From positions 12,306-76,305 of the forward strand of contig CACOJO010000003.1 of assembly GCA_902627595.1 (NCBI GenBank): 64,000 nt of DNA, read 5' to 3'. This DNA comes from an uncultured SAR86 cluster bacterium. Lineage in GTDB: Bacteria; Pseudomonadota; Gammaproteobacteria; Magnimaribacterales; AG-339-G14. Positions 9,832-22,199 of this stretch are shown here, piece by piece (positions within the stretch are counted from its first letter, which is position 1; each line of letters opens with the position of its first letter). A program made the position numbers and the translations under genes. Under the pieces are notes generated by a model. It ran no database searches and had not been told where the DNA came from. It saw only the letters and a list, made by a program, of their open reading frames with translations.

Positions 9832-9905
9832 GCCAGTAGCTCAATTGGTAGAGCGGCGGTCTCCAAAACCGCAGGTTGGGGGTTCAATTCCCTCCTGGCC
9901 TGCCA
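9830..9905 (+). tRNA. tRNA-Trp(CCA); first 2 nt overlap the tuf stop codon
   Basis: AGGCCAG(9830-9836)/CTGGCCT acceptor stem, CTCCAAA anticodon loop, GGTTCAATTCC, G-CCA end; exactly 76 nt. Confidence 0.97.
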
Positions 9906-9954
9906 GAAAGAGAAGCCCTCTTATTATAAAAGAGCATGGCATGAGTGGAGTTAG

Positions 9955-10296
9955 ATGTTTTTAAGTAAAAGTCTTTGGTTAGTAGGATTAGCAATTATTG
10001 CAACTGCAGTGTGGGGCAATTCTTATTACAATGATCTTGGACTCCTCTACAGAGTCCTTGGGGTTATTGTTTTATTTATTTTAGGGCTTTTCGTTCTAAG
10101 ATTTACTGAATTTGGTTCGCTTGCATTTGAAACTATTAAACAATCTACTACCGAAATTAGAAAAGTAGTTTGGCCAAATAGAACTGAAACTACCCAAACT
10201 ACTCTAATTGTCGTGGGAGTGGTCATAATTGCTGCTCTGATTTTATGGGGTCTAGACTCTCTATTTTCTTTTTTAATGAGTTTAATTTTAGGTTAA
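9955..10296 (+). CDS. secE: Preprotein translocase subunit SecE
   Basis: EIRKVVWP motif, three hydrophobic segments, position before nusG. Confidence 0.95.
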   Translation: MFLSKSLWLVGLAIIATAVWGNSYYNDLGLLYRVLGVIVLFILGLFVLRFTEFGSLAFETIKQSTTEIRKVVWPNRTETTQTTLIVVGVVIIAALILWGLDSLFSFLMSLILG

Positions 10297-10299
10297 TTT

Positions 10300-10833
10300 A
10301 TGTCTAAATCTTGGTACGTAATAAATTCTTATTCTGGCTATGAAAATAAAGCCAAGGAACAACTTCTTGAAAGAATTAAACTTGAAAACAAAGAAGATTA
10401 TTTTGGAAGAATAGAAATTCCAACCCACGAAATAGTTGAATTAAAGGGTGGTAAAGAAAAAATTACCGAAAAAAAATTTTTCCCCGGTTATATTTTGATT
10501 GAAATGGAAATGAATGATGATACATGGCATTTGGTAAAAGAGACCCCAAGAGTAGTTGGTTTCATTGGCGGATCGAAAAATAATCCAAAATCAATAACTG
10601 ATGCCGAGGCGGCAAAGATTTTAAATCAAATGGAACATGGCATTGAAGATACTTCGCAAGGAACTGTATATGAACCTGGAGAAATGATTAGGGTAATTGA
10701 TGGTCCTTTTAATGACTTTAGTGGTGTTGTGGAAGAAGCAGATAACCAAAAAGGTAAGGTAAAGGTAGCAGTAATGATTTTTGGGAGATCAACTCCAGTC
10801 GAGTTAGATTTCTCTCAAATTGAAAGAGGATAG
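10300..10833 (+). CDS. nusG: Transcription termination/antitermination factor NusG
   Basis: WYV...SGYE, FFPGY, KOW motif [18 protein letters not shown]. Confidence 0.98.
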   Translation: MSKSWYVINSYSGYENKAKEQLLERIKLENKEDYFGRIEIPTHEIVELKGGKEKITEKKFFPGYILIEMEMNDDTWHLVKETPRVVGFIGGSKNNPKSITDAEAAKILNQMEHGIEDTSQGTVYEPGEMIRVIDGPFNDFSGVVEEADNQKGKVKVAVMIFGRSTPVELDFSQIERG

Positions 10834-10835
10834 GG

Positions 10836-11264
10836 ATGGCAGAAAAAAAAATAATGACCTATATAAAGCTTCAAGTCCCAGCAGGAGCTGCATCTCCAAG
10901 TCCACCCGTAGGTCCAGCTTTAGGTCAACACGGGGTTAATTTGATGGACTTTTGTAATGCATTTAATTCTAAAACCAATGAATTGGAAAAAAATCTTCCA
11001 GTCCCCGTTGTGATAACAGTCTATGAAGATAGAAGTTTTGATTTTATTGTTAAAACTACACCAGCAAGTGTTTTGCTTAAAAAAGCAGCAGGTCTTTCAA
11101 AAGGAAGTCCTACTCCTAACTCAGAAAAAGTTGGAAAAGTATCAAGAAAACAATTAGAAGAAATTGCAGAGGCAAAAATGGCAGATTTAAATGCGACTGA
11201 TATGGATCAGGCTGTAAAAATCATTGAAGGTAGCGCAAGAAGTATGGGGATAGAGGTAGATTAA
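10836..11264 (+). CDS. rplK: 50S ribosomal protein L11
   Basis: [13 protein letters not shown] motif. Confidence 0.99.
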   Translation: MAEKKIMTYIKLQVPAGAASPSPPVGPALGQHGVNLMDFCNAFNSKTNELEKNLPVPVVITVYEDRSFDFIVKTTPASVLLKKAAGLSKGSPTPNSEKVGKVSRKQLEEIAEAKMADLNATDMDQAVKIIEGSARSMGIEVD

Positions 11265-11920
11265 TGTCTCAAGAAAATAAAAAATATTTGATAGAGGAAG
11301 CTTTAACTGAATTAAATTCTAAAGCTTCAGAAAAATTCACCGAGTCTTTAGATATATCAATAAATTTGGGGATAGACGCTTCCAAATCTGATCAAAATGT
11401 TAGAGGAGCTTCAAATCTTCCTCATGGAAATGGTAAATCTTTTAAAGTTGTTGTTTTTGCTGAAGGAGACGAAGCTAAACAAGCTAAAGAAGCTGGAGCA
11501 GATAAAGTGGGCATGGAAGATTTAGCTGATGAAATTAAATCAGGCAATATGGATTTTGATGTCGTTATTGCAACTCCTGATACCATGAGAATTGTAAGTC
11601 CTTTAGGTCAGATACTTGGACCGAAAGGTTTGATGCCAAATCCAAAATCGGAAACTGTTACTAAGGATATTCCAAATACAGTAAAAAACGCAAAATCAGG
11701 ACAAATTAGGTACAAATCAGATAAACAAGGTATAATCCACGCCCGTATTGGACAGATAGGTTATACAGAGGAACAACTAAAAGATAATTTAGAAGCTTTT
11801 TTAACTGACGTTAAAAAGGCAAAACCTCCTTCTGCTAAAGGAATATACATCTCTAAAGTAACTTTATCTTCTACTATGGGTAAAGGATTTGAAATCGATA
11901 CGACAAAACTCAATTTTTAA
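11264..11920 (+). CDS. rplA: 50S ribosomal protein L1 (N-terminally short)
   Basis: [23 protein letters not shown] motifs. Confidence 0.98.
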   Translation: MSQENKKYLIEEALTELNSKASEKFTESLDISINLGIDASKSDQNVRGASNLPHGNGKSFKVVVFAEGDEAKQAKEAGADKVGMEDLADEIKSGNMDFDVVIATPDTMRIVSPLGQILGPKGLMPNPKSETVTKDIPNTVKNAKSGQIRYKSDKQGIIHARIGQIGYTEEQLKDNLEAFLTDVKKAKPPSAKGIYISKVTLSSTMGKGFEIDTTKLNF

Positions 11921-11980
11921 TCATTAAATGAATTTGTTTTTACATATAAGAATTTTAAGCTGTTGTAACTTCGTTACAAC

Positions 11981-12040
11981 CGTCTTAGACCGTAGGAGTT
12001 TGATTTTATCAAACTTAATATTTCCTGCGCAGATAGCTCA
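11981..12040 (+). promoter_or_regulatory. L10 leader (rplJ autoregulatory RNA)
   Basis: AGACCGTAGG...AGTTTGAT/ATCAAACT...TAATA...CCTGCGCAGA, the typical L10-leader core upstream of rplJ. Confidence 0.8.
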
Positions 12041-12107
12041 AAAGGCTCTTTCTTTTTGGGCAAAAGGTTCCTTTTTTGAAAAAGTTTTCAAAGGAGGGTT
12101 TTAATTA

Positions 12108-12626
12108 ATGTCACGCTTGGATAATAAGAAAGTTCTTGTTGAGGATCTTAACAAAATCGCTCAAGAAGCATTTTCTGTGATTGCGGTTGATTATCGTGGA
12201 ACCAATGTTCCTGAATTAACTAATCTCAGAAAAGAAGCTAAAAATCAGTCTGTTCATCTTAAAGTAATTAAAAATACTTTAGCAAAAAGAGCTTTAGAGA
12301 ATACTAAATTCGACTCTCTAAACGATATACTCACTGGTCCGACACTTTTAGCTTTTTCTATGGATGATTTTCAAAGTGCAGCAAAACTCATAAAGGATTT
12401 TGCTTCAAATGAAGAATCATTCGAAGTAAAAGGACTTTCCATAGGAGAGGGCTTTCTTGAGCCAAATGAGCTCAAAGCCTTAGCTTCTCTTCCTTCAAAA
12501 GAAGAAGCAATTTCCATGCTTTTGGGTTTAATGCAGGCTCCACTTAATAAACTTGCCAGTACTTTGAATGAAGTTCCATCACAATTGGTAAGAACTATTA
12601 ATGCAGTGAGTCAAATAAAATCTTAA
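12108..12626 (+). CDS. rplJ: 50S ribosomal protein L10
   Basis: DYRG, KNTLAKRA, GPTLLAFS, LPSKEE; SD GGAGG. Confidence 0.98.
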   Translation: MSRLDNKKVLVEDLNKIAQEAFSVIAVDYRGTNVPELTNLRKEAKNQSVHLKVIKNTLAKRALENTKFDSLNDILTGPTLLAFSMDDFQSAAKLIKDFASNEESFEVKGLSIGEGFLEPNELKALASLPSKEEAISMLLGLMQAPLNKLASTLNEVPSQLVRTINAVSQIKS

Positions 12627-12652
12627 GTATCTAAGTAAAACGGAGAAAAATA

Positions 12653-13033
12653 ATGGCTGTAACTAAAGAAGAAATACTTGACGCAATATCAGAGATGAGC
12701 GTCATGGATGTTGTTGATTTAGTAAAACTAATGGAAGAAAAATTCGGTGTCACTGCTGCTGCGCCAGTTGCCGCTGCTGCTGCACCCGCTGCAGGCGGAG
12801 AAGCCGCCGCCGCTGAAGAGCAAAGTGAATTTGAAATTTTCTTAGCTGATGTTGGTGAGAAGAAAATCGATGTCATTAAAGCTGTAAGAGCAATCACGGG
12901 TTTAGGTTTGAAAGAAGCCAAAGCAATTGTTGATGGAGCTCCTGCTTCAGTAAAAGAAGGCGCAAATAAAGATGAAGCTGAACAAGCTAAATCTCAGCTA
13001 GAAGAAGCTGGCGCGAAAGTAGAACTAAAATAA
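12653..13033 (+). CDS. rplL: 50S ribosomal protein L7/L12
   Basis: [10 protein letters not shown] hinge, [19 protein letters not shown]. Confidence 0.99.
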   Translation: MAVTKEEILDAISEMSVMDVVDLVKLMEEKFGVTAAAPVAAAAAPAAGGEAAAAEEQSEFEIFLADVGEKKIDVIKAVRAITGLGLKEAKAIVDGAPASVKEGANKDEAEQAKSQLEEAGAKVELK

Positions 13034-13056
13034 CATCACTTATAGGCTAAATTTAT

Positions 13057-16000
13057 ATGGCAAGTACATACTCGTTTGCAGAAAAAAAGAGAATAAGAAA
13101 AAGTTTTGAAAAGATATCTAGTGCAATGTCGCTTCCTGATATTTTGGAGATACAAACAGACTCATACGATTATTTTTTACAAAATATACCAGATACAACT
13201 AAGAGAAAAAATCAAGGTTTAGAAAGCGTTTTTCAATCCATTTTTCCGATAAATAGTGTATCTGGCAATGCAAGAATTGAGTATCTTGGTTACCACCTGA
13301 AAGATCCTGAATTTGACGTTCAAGAATGTCTTCCTCGAGGGAAGTCTTATGAAGCTGCTCTTATAATAACTTGTAGGATTATCTTTATTGACAAAACTAC
13401 AGGAGAGGAGAATTTAAAAAGCGCTCGAGAGGAGAAAGTTTATATGGGAACCATCCCTCTTATGACGGACCATGGAACCTTTGTGATAAATGGAACTGAA
13501 AGAGTAGTTGTTTCTCAACTTCATAGATCTCCAGGATTGATATTTGATCATGACAGAGGTAAAACCCACTCGTCGGGAAAACTCTTGTATTCTTCCAGAG
13601 TCATTCCGTATAGAGGGTCATGGTTAGACTTTGAATTTGATCACAAAGATTTAGTTTACATTCGTATCGACAGAAGAAGAAAGCTTTATGCAACCATTTT
13701 GTTAAGAGCTATAGGTTACTCTTCGCAAGAAATTTTGGAAAAATTTTATGAAAAGGAAACTTACCTAATTGGTTCAAATAATTATTCTCTCAAAGTAATT
13801 CCAAGAAGAATGGTTGGAAAGATAGCTCCTTCAGATATTAAAGGTAATCAGGGAGTTATTATAGAAGCAGGAAAGAGAATTACTGCAAGACATATTAGAT
13901 TGATTGAGTCTAGCAAAATAAAAACTTTAGAAGTTCCAAAAGAAAGCCTTTTCAATCAGACAATAGCTGAAGATATTATTGATCCTTCAACAGGAGAAAT
14001 TGCAATAACATGCAATACACAAATTGATGAAGATGTTCTTATAAAATTACATGAACTAAAACTAAAAGAAGTTGATGTACTCTATATTAATGAACTTGAA
14101 TCTGGTCCTTATATTTCAGATACTTTAAGGTCTGATACAACTACCAATTCTTTAGAGGCTCTCGCAGAAATTTATAGAATGATGAGGCCGGGCGAGCCAC
14201 CCACCAAGGAGGCCGCCACTTTATTATTTGAAAATTTATTTTTCAACCCCGATAAATATGACCTTTCCGATGTTGGAAGAATGAAATTTAACAAAAGACT
14301 TGGAAGAGAAGAATTAATCGGAAAAGGCACTTTAGATAACGATGATATCTTAGAGGTGATAAAAACTCTGGTAGATATCAGAAATGGAAAGCAGAATTGT
14401 GACGACATAGACCATCTTGGAAACAGAAGAATTAGATCTGTAGGTGAGATGGTTGCAAACCAAGTAAGAGTTGGCTTGTTAAGAGTAGAAAGAGCTGTTA
14501 GAGAAAGACTAAATATCGCTGAGGCAGAAGAACTTGGTCCTGCAGATTTAATAAATGCAAAACCTATTACTGCAGCTATAAATGAATTCTTTGGATCTAG
14601 TCAACTTTCTCAGTTCATGGATCAGGTTAACCCCTTAGCAGAGGTTACACATAAAAGAAGAGTCTCAGCTTTAGGTCCTGGCGGACTAACCCGAGAAAGA
14701 GCTGGTTTCGAGGTAAGAGACGTTCATCCTTCACACTATGGCAGAGTTTGTCCAATCGAAACACCTGAGGGTCCTAATATCGGACTAATTAACTCTTTAT
14801 CTGTATATGCAAAAGTTAATGATTTTGGTTTCATTGAAACTCCTTACAGAAAAGTTGAAAACGGAAAGGTGACTGATGAAATTCAATATGTATCTGCAAT
14901 CGAAGAAGGAGAGTTTGTTATAGCTCAAGCCTCAGTAAAGTTAGACAAAAACAATAAATTTGTTGAAGAGTTGGTTCCAGTCCGTTATAGAAATGAATTT
15001 GAATTGATGACTGTTGATAGAGTCGACCTTATGGATGTCTCACCTCAACAGGTAGTATCCATTGCTGCGGCTTTAATACCATTTTTAGAACATGACGATG
15101 CCAATAGGGCTTTGATGGGATCAAACATGCAACGTCAAGCGGTTCCAACGTTGTCAACAGAAGCTCCATTAGTAGGTACTGGAATGGAAAGACTTGTAGC
15201 ACAGTATTCTGGAGATTGTATCATTGCCAAAAATTCTGGAACCGTAGAAAAGGTTGACTCAGGAAAAATAGTTATTAGAAAAAATTTAAAAGAGATTAGC
15301 GCAACAGACTCTGCAGTAGATATCTATAACTTAATAAAATATACAAGGTCAAATCAAAATTCATGCATTAATCAAAGACCAATTGTAAGTGAAGGCGATA
15401 GAATTTCTGCAGGAGATATCTTAGCTGACGGTTCTTCTATTGATTTGGGAGAACTAGCACTGGGCCAGAACATTAAAGTAGCTTTCATGGCATGGCATGG
15501 TTATAACTTTGAAGACTCAATTTTAATTTCTGATAAATTAGTCAAAGAAGATAAGCTTACTAGTGTTCATATAATAGAAGAAACCTGTACTGCAAGAGAC
15601 ACAAAACTTGGCCCAGACGAAATCACAGCAGACATTCCTAATGTAGGTGAATCTGCATTATCTAAACTTGATGAATGTGGAATAGTGCATATTGGAGCAG
15701 AGGTAAATGCTGGAGATATCTTAGTTGGCAAAGTGACCCCGAAAGGTGAGACGCAACTTTCTCCTGAAGAAAAGCTTTTAAGAGCTATTTTTGGAGAGAA
15801 AGCATCTGATGTGAAGGATACCTCCTTGAGAGTTAAAGCTGGACAAGATGGAACCGTCATTGATGTTCAAGTATTTACGAGAGAAGGTTTAGAAAAAAAT
15901 TCTCGTGCCGAAGTAATAGAGTCAGTATCTTTAGCAGAAATTCAAAAAGATATTGACCAAGAATTGAGCATAGTTTCTGAAGCAACTATTAATTCCCTTA

Positions 16001-17133
16001 TGCCTTCACTTGAGGGTAAAAAAGTTATTAGTGGTAGAGGAATCTCAAAAGGAGAGGCTTTAACAAAGGAATTTCTTAAAAACTTACCTTCATCAGAATG
16101 GTTCAAACTCAGAATGCAAGACGAAAAGATTAACGATTTAATAAAAGAATCAAAAGACAATCTTAAAAAATATGAAGATATGCTCAAAGAAAGGTTTGAA
16201 GTTAAAAAGAGAAAAATTGTCTCTGGCGATGACTTACCTCCAGGAGTCCAACAGGTAATTAAGGTTTACTTAGCCGTTAAAAGAAAAATTCAACCAGGCG
16301 ACAAACTCGCTGGAAGGCACGGAAATAAAGGGGTAATTTCTGTGATTATGCCTGTAGAGGACATGCCCTATGATGAAAATGGTGAGCCTATTGATGTTGT
16401 ACTTAATCCATTAGGAGTTCCGTCTAGAATGAATGTTGGTCAGCTTTTAGAAGTTCATTTAGGCTGGGCATCTAAAGAGTTAGGAAAAAAAATAGGAGAA
16501 CTAGTAGACAAATCAAAAAATCTTTCAGAGGTTAAAACTTTTGTTGAAAAAATATACTCTTCTACAGGCAAAAAAGAAGAAATAGACAAATTATCTGATA
16601 AAGAATTTAAAGAGCTATGTGAAAATCTAAAATTAGGAGTGCCAATGGCTACACCTGTTTTTGATGGTGCATCCGAAGAGGAAATCAAGAAGATGCTAGA
16701 ACTAGCTGACTTACCATCATCAGGACAAACTCAGCTTTATGACGGCAGAACAGGCGAGGCTTTTGATAGACTAGTTACCATTGGATACATGTATATTCTA
16801 AAATTAAATCATTTAATCGAAGATAAAATGCATGCCCGATCCACAGGTTCATATAGTTTAGTTACTCAACAACCACTCGGAGGTAAAGCTCAATTTGGAG
16901 GTCAAAGACTTGGTGAGATGGAAGTTTGGGCTTTAGAAGCTTACGGAGCTGCAAACACTCTTCAAGAGATGTTAACTGTAAAATCAGATGACGTTCCTGG
17001 TAGAACTAAAGTTTACAAAAATATAGTTGATGGCAATTATGAGATGGAAGCTGGTATTCCAGAATCTTACAATGTTTTAACCAAAGAGGTCAGATCATTA
17101 GGAATCGATATAGACTTCGATGAGGTAGATTAA
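13057..17133 (+). CDS. rpoB: RNA polymerase beta subunit
   Basis: 1358 aa; [30 protein letters not shown]. Confidence 0.99.
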   Translation: MASTYSFAEKKRIRKSFEKISSAMSLPDILEIQTDSYDYFLQNIPDTTKRKNQGLESVFQSIFPINSVSGNARIEYLGYHLKDPEFDVQECLPRGKSYEAALIITCRIIFIDKTTGEENLKSAREEKVYMGTIPLMTDHGTFVINGTERVVVSQLHRSPGLIFDHDRGKTHSSGKLLYSSRVIPYRGSWLDFEFDHKDLVYIRIDRRRKLYATILLRAIGYSSQEILEKFYEKETYLIGSNNYSLKVIPRRMVGKIAPSDIKGNQGVIIEAGKRITARHIRLIESSKIKTLEVPKESLFNQTIAEDIIDPSTGEIAITCNTQIDEDVLIKLHELKLKEVDVLYINELESGPYISDTLRSDTTTNSLEALAEIYRMMRPGEPPTKEAATLLFENLFFNPDKYDLSDVGRMKFNKRLGREELIGKGTLDNDDILEVIKTLVDIRNGKQNCDDIDHLGNRRIRSVGEMVANQVRVGLLRVERAVRERLNIAEAEELGPADLINAKPITAAINEFFGSSQLSQFMDQVNPLAEVTHKRRVSALGPGGLTRERAGFEVRDVHPSHYGRVCPIETPEGPNIGLINSLSVYAKVNDFGFIETPYRKVENGKVTDEIQYVSAIEEGEFVIAQASVKLDKNNKFVEELVPVRYRNEFELMTVDRVDLMDVSPQQVVSIAAALIPFLEHDDANRALMGSNMQRQAVPTLSTEAPLVGTGMERLVAQYSGDCIIAKNSGTVEKVDSGKIVIRKNLKEISATDSAVDIYNLIKYTRSNQNSCINQRPIVSEGDRISAGDILADGSSIDLGELALGQNIKVAFMAWHGYNFEDSILISDKLVKEDKLTSVHIIEETCTARDTKLGPDEITADIPNVGESALSKLDECGIVHIGAEVNAGDILVGKVTPKGETQLSPEEKLLRAIFGEKASDVKDTSLRVKAGQDGTVIDVQVFTREGLEKNSRAEVIESVSLAEIQKDIDQELSIVSEATINSLMPSLEGKKVISGRGISKGEALTKEFLKNLPSSEWFKLRMQDEKINDLIKESKDNLKKYEDMLKERFEVKKRKIVSGDDLPPGVQQVIKVYLAVKRKIQPGDKLAGRHGNKGVISVIMPVEDMPYDENGEPIDVVLNPLGVPSRMNVGQLLEVHLGWASKELGKKIGELVDKSKNLSEVKTFVEKIYSSTGKKEEIDKLSDKEFKELCENLKLGVPMATPVFDGASEEEIKKMLELADLPSSGQTQLYDGRTGEAFDRLVTIGYMYILKLNHLIEDKMHARSTGSYSLVTQQPLGGKAQFGGQRLGEMEVWALEAYGAANTLQEMLTVKSDDVPGRTKVYKNIVDGNYEMEAGIPESYNVLTKEVRSLGIDIDFDEVD

Positions 17134-17137
17134 ATTT

Positions 17138-20100
17138 ATGAAAGATTTATTAAAGCTTTTTAAACAAGAAGAAGAAAACAATTTTAATTCAATTAAAGCT
17201 GGACTAGCATCAGGTCAGCAAATCAGATCTTGGTCTTTCGGAGAAGTTAAAAAACCTGAAACCATAAACTATAGAACCTTTAAACCAGAGAGAGATGGTT
17301 TATTTTGCGCAAAAATATTCGGTCCAGTAAAGGACTACGAATGTATTTGTGGAAAATATAAAAGAATGAAACATAGAGGTGTAGTTTGTGAAAAATGTGG
17401 GGTTGAAGTAACGCTAGCTAAAGTAAGAAGAGAAAGAATGGGTCACATAGAACTCGCAGCTCCTGTTGCACATATATGGTTTTTAAAATCTCTTCCATCA
17501 AGAATATCTTTGCTTTTAGACAAAACATTAAGAGAAGTTGAAAGAATTTTATATTTTGAGTCTTTTGTAGTCACAGACCCTGGAATGACTGATCTTGAGA
17601 AAGGTCAGATTCTCGATGAAGAAGAATATTTTGAGAAACTTGAAGAGTTTGGAGAGGAATTTTCTGCAGGTATGGGAGCAGAATCTGTAAAAATTCTTCT
17701 TTCTGAAATGAATTTAGAAAATGAAATAACTGAGGTTCAAGAACAAATAGACTCTACAAATAGTGATGCCAAGAAAAAGAAACTTTCCAAAAGACTAAAA
17801 ATTCTTAAAGCCTTCACTTCATCCAATAATAAACCAGAATGGATGATTTTAGATGTTTTACCTGTTTTGCCACCTGACTTGAGACCTTTGGTGCCTCTAG
17901 AAGGCGGAAGGTTCGCAACCTCTGACCTTAATGATCTTTATAGGAGAGTTATTAATCGTAATAACAGGCTGAAAAGATTAATCGAGCTTAACGCCCCTGA
18001 GATTATTGTCAGAAATGAGAAGAGAATGCTTCAAGAGTCTGTAGATGCACTTCTTGATAATGGAAGGAGAGGCAGAGCTATAACTGGTTCAAATAAAAGA
18101 CCTTTGAAATCATTGGCAGACATGATTAAAGGAAAACAAGGAAGATTCAGACAAAATCTGTTAGGTAAAAGGGTAGATTATTCCGGAAGATCAGTAATAG
18201 TTGTAGGACCTACCCTAAAACTTCATCAGTGTGGATTACCTAAAAAAATGGCTTTGGAGCTATTTAAACCATTTGTTTTTGGAAAACTTCAACAACTTGA
18301 ATTAGCTACAACCATTAAAGGCGCTAAAAGAATGGTTGAAAGAGAAGAGCCAGAAGTTTGGGATATTTTGGCAGATGTAATAAGGGAACACCCTATTCTT
18401 CTAAATAGAGCGCCAACTTTGCACAGACTTGGAATTCAAGCTTTTGAACCAACCTTGATAGAAGGAAAAGCTATTCAACTTCATCCCCTCGTATGCAAAG
18501 CTTACAACGCAGACTTTGATGGGGATCAAATGGCTGTTCACGTTCCTCTTACTTTAGGAGCCCAGTTGGAGTGTAGAGCTTTAATGATGGCTAGTAATAA
18601 TATTCTTTCGCCTTCTAATGGCAAACCAATAATTGATCCTTCTCAAGATGTTGTCCTAGGTATCTATTACATGACTAGAGAAAAGGTAGCAGCCAAAGGT
18701 GAAGGCTCTGTTTTTGCTGATATAAATGAAGTTCATAGAGCTTATGACAGTGGGAATGTTGATCTTCAAGCAAAAGTAAAAGTTAGAATGGCAAACAAAG
18801 AAAAACAATTAAATATTATTGATACTACGGTTGGAAGAGCGATTCTTTCAGGTATTCTTCCAGAAGAACTTGATTTTGATCTCATAAATAAACCTCTAGA
18901 TAGTAAATCAATATCCTCTCTTATAAATATGTCATACAGACACAGTGGTTTAAAGGAAACGGTAATATTTGCAGACAAGTTAATGTACTTTGGTTATGAA
19001 TATTCTACTAAATCTGGCTCTTCAATATGTGTTGATGATTGTGTGATTCCTACAGACAAGGAGGAAATCATTTCTAGTGCTGAGTCCGAAGTGAAAGAAA
19101 TAGAATCTCAGTATTCATCTGGACTTGTAACTCAAGGTGAAAAGTACAATAAAGTAATCGATATTTGGTCTAGAGCAAACGAAAAAGTTGCCGGCTCACT
19201 AATGGATACAATCTCAACAGAAAAAGTTGAGGACAGAGAAGGAAATTCTATAGACCAAAAATCTTTTAACTCAGTATTTATGTATTTAGACTCTGGGGCT
19301 AGGAGCTCACCCGCACAAGTAAGACAGCTTGCTGGCATGAGAGGGCTAATGGCGAAACCGGACGGTTCAATAATTGAAACTCCTATTACAGCAAACTTTA
19401 GAGAAGGCTTAACGGTTCTTCAATACTTTACGTCTACTCATGGAGCTAGAAAAGGTTTGGCTGATACAGCATTAAAGACTGCAAACTCAGGTTATTTAAC
19501 AAGAAGGTTGGTAGATGTTGCTCAAGATCTTGTTATCAGAGAAGAAGATTGTGAAACAAAAGAAGGTATAGAACTAAGATCAATTATTGAAGGTGGCGAA
19601 GTAGTTCAACATTTAAAAGATAGAATTTTGGGTAGAGTTTTAGCCGAACCATTATCCTCTAAAGATGGTTCATTTAAAATTTCTAAAGGGACTTTAATAG
19701 ATGAAGCATTAGCCGAACAAATTGAACAAAACAACATAGACATTGCAAAAGTGAGGTCTCCAATAACTTGTGAAACAAGTTTTGGAATTTGTTCAAAATG
19801 TTACGGTAGAGACCTAGGAAGAGGTAATCTTGTTGATCCTGGTGAAGCAGTTGGAATTGTTGCCGCTCAATCAATTGGTGAACCCGGGACTCAACTTACA
19901 ATGAGAACTTTTCACATCGGAGGAGCAGCATCTAGATCTTCTGAAGAAGATAGAATTCAAGCTAAGTACGATGGGACAGTAAAATTTAGAAATCTTAATT
20001 CGCTTCAAAATAAATCTAAAAAGCAAGTTTGTATCTCTAGATCTGCAGAATTAGTTCTATTTGATGAAAATGAATCTGAAAAAGAAAGGTATAAAATTCC

Positions 20101-21310
20101 TTATGGAGCCGAAATAAATGTCAATGAAGGCGCAGCGATTAAATCAGGAGAATTATTGGCAACATGGGATCCATTAAATCACCCAATAATCTCTGAAGTT
20201 AAAGGTAAAGTTAATCTTAGAGATATGGAAAATGGAATAACCATTAGAGAGGTAACTGATGAGTTAACAGGTTTATCAAGTGTCGAGATTTTAGATGCAT
20301 CTGAAAGAACTTCTGCAGGAAAAGATATGAATCCTATGGTCGTTATAACAGACTCTAAAGGAAAAGAGGTCATGCTTCCTGGAGGCAAGAGACCCGCAGA
20401 ATACAAGTTAGAGCAAAAATCTCTTGTAAATGTAAGTGATGGGCAATCTATAGAAATAGGAGATGTTCTTGCAAGAATTCCAAAAGAATCTTCTAAAACA
20501 AGAGATATTACCGGAGGTCTTCCCAGAGTCGCTGACTTGTTTGAAGCAAGACAGCCTAAAGAAGTAGCTATTCTAGCTGAAATAAGTGGAGTAGTTTCTT
20601 GGGGAAAAGAGACTAAAGGAAAAAGAAGGCTTGTTTTAACCGGAAAAGAAGGCAAGGAAGAAATTGTCCGTGAGACTCTAATACCTAAAACGAGAAGTAT
20701 TAATGTTTTTGAGGGAGAAACAGTTACTAAAGGCGATGTAATAAGTGAAGGCTCTTTGAGTCCACATGACATTCTTTCTTTGAAAGGTGTAGAAGAACTA
20801 ACTGAATATGTAGTTAATGAAATTCAAGATGTATATCGTTTACAAGGTGTTGAAATAAGTGATAAGCATATCGAGTGTATTCTCAGACAAATGCTTAGAA
20901 AGGTTGAAATTACTGAATCTGGAGATACAGATTTAATTATTGGTGATCAATTAGAACTGTCTGAAGTATTACAGCAAAATAAAAAAATATCTTCTAATGG
21001 AGGGATCCCAGCCAAATTTAAGCGACTTTTATTAGGAATCACTAAAGCTTCTTTAGCTACCGAGTCTTTTGTTTCTGCTGCTTCTTTCCAGGAAACTACA
21101 AGAGTTCTGACGGAGGCTTCTGTAACTGGGAAGATAGACAAGCTGAGAGGGCTCAAAGAGAATGTTGTAATAGGAAGGCTTATTCCTGCCGGTACTGGTT
21201 ACGGCGTTTCGCATGGCCAAGCAGATCTAGTTTCAGATATCGAATCCGAGCTAAGCGAAGTAATTGCGGATACTGAAACTAATCAAAATGAAACTGAAAG
21301 CGAAGAATAG
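17138..21310 (+). CDS. rpoC: RNA polymerase beta' subunit
   Basis: NADFDGD catalytic motif, N-terminal Zn ribbon, QLTMRTFH. Confidence 0.99.
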   Translation: MKDLLKLFKQEEENNFNSIKAGLASGQQIRSWSFGEVKKPETINYRTFKPERDGLFCAKIFGPVKDYECICGKYKRMKHRGVVCEKCGVEVTLAKVRRERMGHIELAAPVAHIWFLKSLPSRISLLLDKTLREVERILYFESFVVTDPGMTDLEKGQILDEEEYFEKLEEFGEEFSAGMGAESVKILLSEMNLENEITEVQEQIDSTNSDAKKKKLSKRLKILKAFTSSNNKPEWMILDVLPVLPPDLRPLVPLEGGRFATSDLNDLYRRVINRNNRLKRLIELNAPEIIVRNEKRMLQESVDALLDNGRRGRAITGSNKRPLKSLADMIKGKQGRFRQNLLGKRVDYSGRSVIVVGPTLKLHQCGLPKKMALELFKPFVFGKLQQLELATTIKGAKRMVEREEPEVWDILADVIREHPILLNRAPTLHRLGIQAFEPTLIEGKAIQLHPLVCKAYNADFDGDQMAVHVPLTLGAQLECRALMMASNNILSPSNGKPIIDPSQDVVLGIYYMTREKVAAKGEGSVFADINEVHRAYDSGNVDLQAKVKVRMANKEKQLNIIDTTVGRAILSGILPEELDFDLINKPLDSKSISSLINMSYRHSGLKETVIFADKLMYFGYEYSTKSGSSICVDDCVIPTDKEEIISSAESEVKEIESQYSSGLVTQGEKYNKVIDIWSRANEKVAGSLMDTISTEKVEDREGNSIDQKSFNSVFMYLDSGARSSPAQVRQLAGMRGLMAKPDGSIIETPITANFREGLTVLQYFTSTHGARKGLADTALKTANSGYLTRRLVDVAQDLVIREEDCETKEGIELRSIIEGGEVVQHLKDRILGRVLAEPLSSKDGSFKISKGTLIDEALAEQIEQNNIDIAKVRSPITCETSFGICSKCYGRDLGRGNLVDPGEAVGIVAAQSIGEPGTQLTMRTFHIGGAASRSSEEDRIQAKYDGTVKFRNLNSLQNKSKKQVCISRSAELVLFDENESEKERYKIPYGAEINVNEGAAIKSGELLATWDPLNHPIISEVKGKVNLRDMENGITIREVTDELTGLSSVEILDASERTSAGKDMNPMVVITDSKGKEVMLPGGKRPAEYKLEQKSLVNVSDGQSIEIGDVLARIPKESSKTRDITGGLPRVADLFEARQPKEVAILAEISGVVSWGKETKGKRRLVLTGKEGKEEIVRETLIPKTRSINVFEGETVTKGDVISEGSLSPHDILSLKGVEELTEYVVNEIQDVYRLQGVEISDKHIECILRQMLRKVEITESGDTDLIIGDQLELSEVLQQNKKISSNGGIPAKFKRLLLGITKASLATESFVSAASFQETTRVLTEASVTGKIDKLRGLKENVVIGRLIPAGTGYGVSHGQADLVSDIESELSEVIADTETNQNETESEE

Positions 21311-21311
21311 T

Positions 21312-21340
21312 TTGACCAAATTAAAATGTCTCATTAAAAT
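21312..21340 (+). promoter_or_regulatory. Putative sigma70 promoter of the str operon
   Basis: TTGACC-17 nt-TAAAAT then discriminator CGCGCAC; ATG only 14 nt after the -10. Confidence 0.75.
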
Positions 21341-21354
21341 CGCGCACTTGAATT

Positions 21355-21726
21355 ATGGCAAGAGTTAACCAACTAATAAGGAAACCAAGGAAAGTTAAGA
21401 AGTCCAAAAGCGACGTACCTGCGCTAGTGGGTTCCCCTCAAAAAAGAGGAGTTTGCACTAGGGTTTATACAACTACTCCAAAAAAACCTAATTCGGCTTT
21501 AAGAAAAGTTTGTAAAGTAAGATTAACTTCAGGATATGAAGTTATCTCATACATTGGTGGAGAAGGTCATAACCTTCAGGAACACTCTGTTGTTTTAATT
21601 AGAGGCGGTCGAGTTAAAGACCTTCCAGGAGTTAGATATCATACTGTCAGAGGTACTCTTGATACTACTGGTGTTGAAGACAGGAAACAACGTAGGTCTA
21701 AATATGGATCTAAGAGGCCTAAATAA
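21355..21726 (+). CDS. rpsL: 30S ribosomal protein S12
   Basis: [21 protein letters not shown]. Confidence 0.99.
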   Translation: MARVNQLIRKPRKVKKSKSDVPALVGSPQKRGVCTRVYTTTPKKPNSALRKVCKVRLTSGYEVISYIGGEGHNLQEHSVVLIRGGRVKDLPGVRYHTVRGTLDTTGVEDRKQRRSKYGSKRPK

Positions 21727-22196
21727 TGCCTAGAAAAGGACCAGTTCCAAAAAGAGATGTAATCCCAGATCCTAAATATGGGAATGTTAAACTTGCTAAA
21801 TTTGTTAATAATCTCATGCAAAGAGGAAAAAAAAGTACGGCAGAAAAAATCATTTACTCAGCTTTAGACCAAGTGTCATCAAAATCAAAAAGAGATCCAC
21901 TTGAGGTTTTTGAAGAAGCATTAGATCAGGTTGGTCCTCAAGTTGAAGTCAAATCTAGAAGAGTAGGTGGCGCTACATATCAGGTTCCTTTAGAAGTAAA
22001 AACTTCACGACGTCTTGCCTTAGCTATGAGATGGATTGTTTCAAGTGCTAAGAAAAGATCTGAAAAAAACATGTCCACAAAACTCGCAGGAGAATTAATT
22101 GATGCTGCTGATGGAAGAGGAGAGGCGGTAAAAAAACGTCAGGATACTCATAAAATGGCTGAAGCAAACAAAGCTTTCTCTCACTTTAGATTTTAA
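21726..22196 (+). CDS. rpsG: 30S ribosomal protein S7
   Basis: [22 protein letters not shown]. Confidence 0.99.
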   Translation: MPRKGPVPKRDVIPDPKYGNVKLAKFVNNLMQRGKKSTAEKIIYSALDQVSSKSKRDPLEVFEEALDQVGPQVEVKSRRVGGATYQVPLEVKTSRRLALAMRWIVSSAKKRSEKNMSTKLAGELIDAADGRGEAVKKRQDTHKMAEANKAFSHFRF

Positions 22197-22199
22197 TCA

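Noticed and set aside
12740..12820. GC-rich GCT/GCC repeat tract
   Set aside because: Encodes the normal Ala-rich hinge of L7/L12.
14585..14690. Possible rifampicin-resistance changes in RpoB (and streptomycin resistance in RpsL)
   Set aside because: The key RpoB Asp, His and Ser and the RpsL Lys residues are the usual ones.
20179..20772. 197-aa antisense ORF inside rpoC, and many shorter antisense ORFs in rpoB, ribosomal protein genes, GH3 and bamA
   Set aside because: Shadow frames of codon-biased genes: Ser/Leu/Pro-rich, no motifs, fully nested in essential genes.
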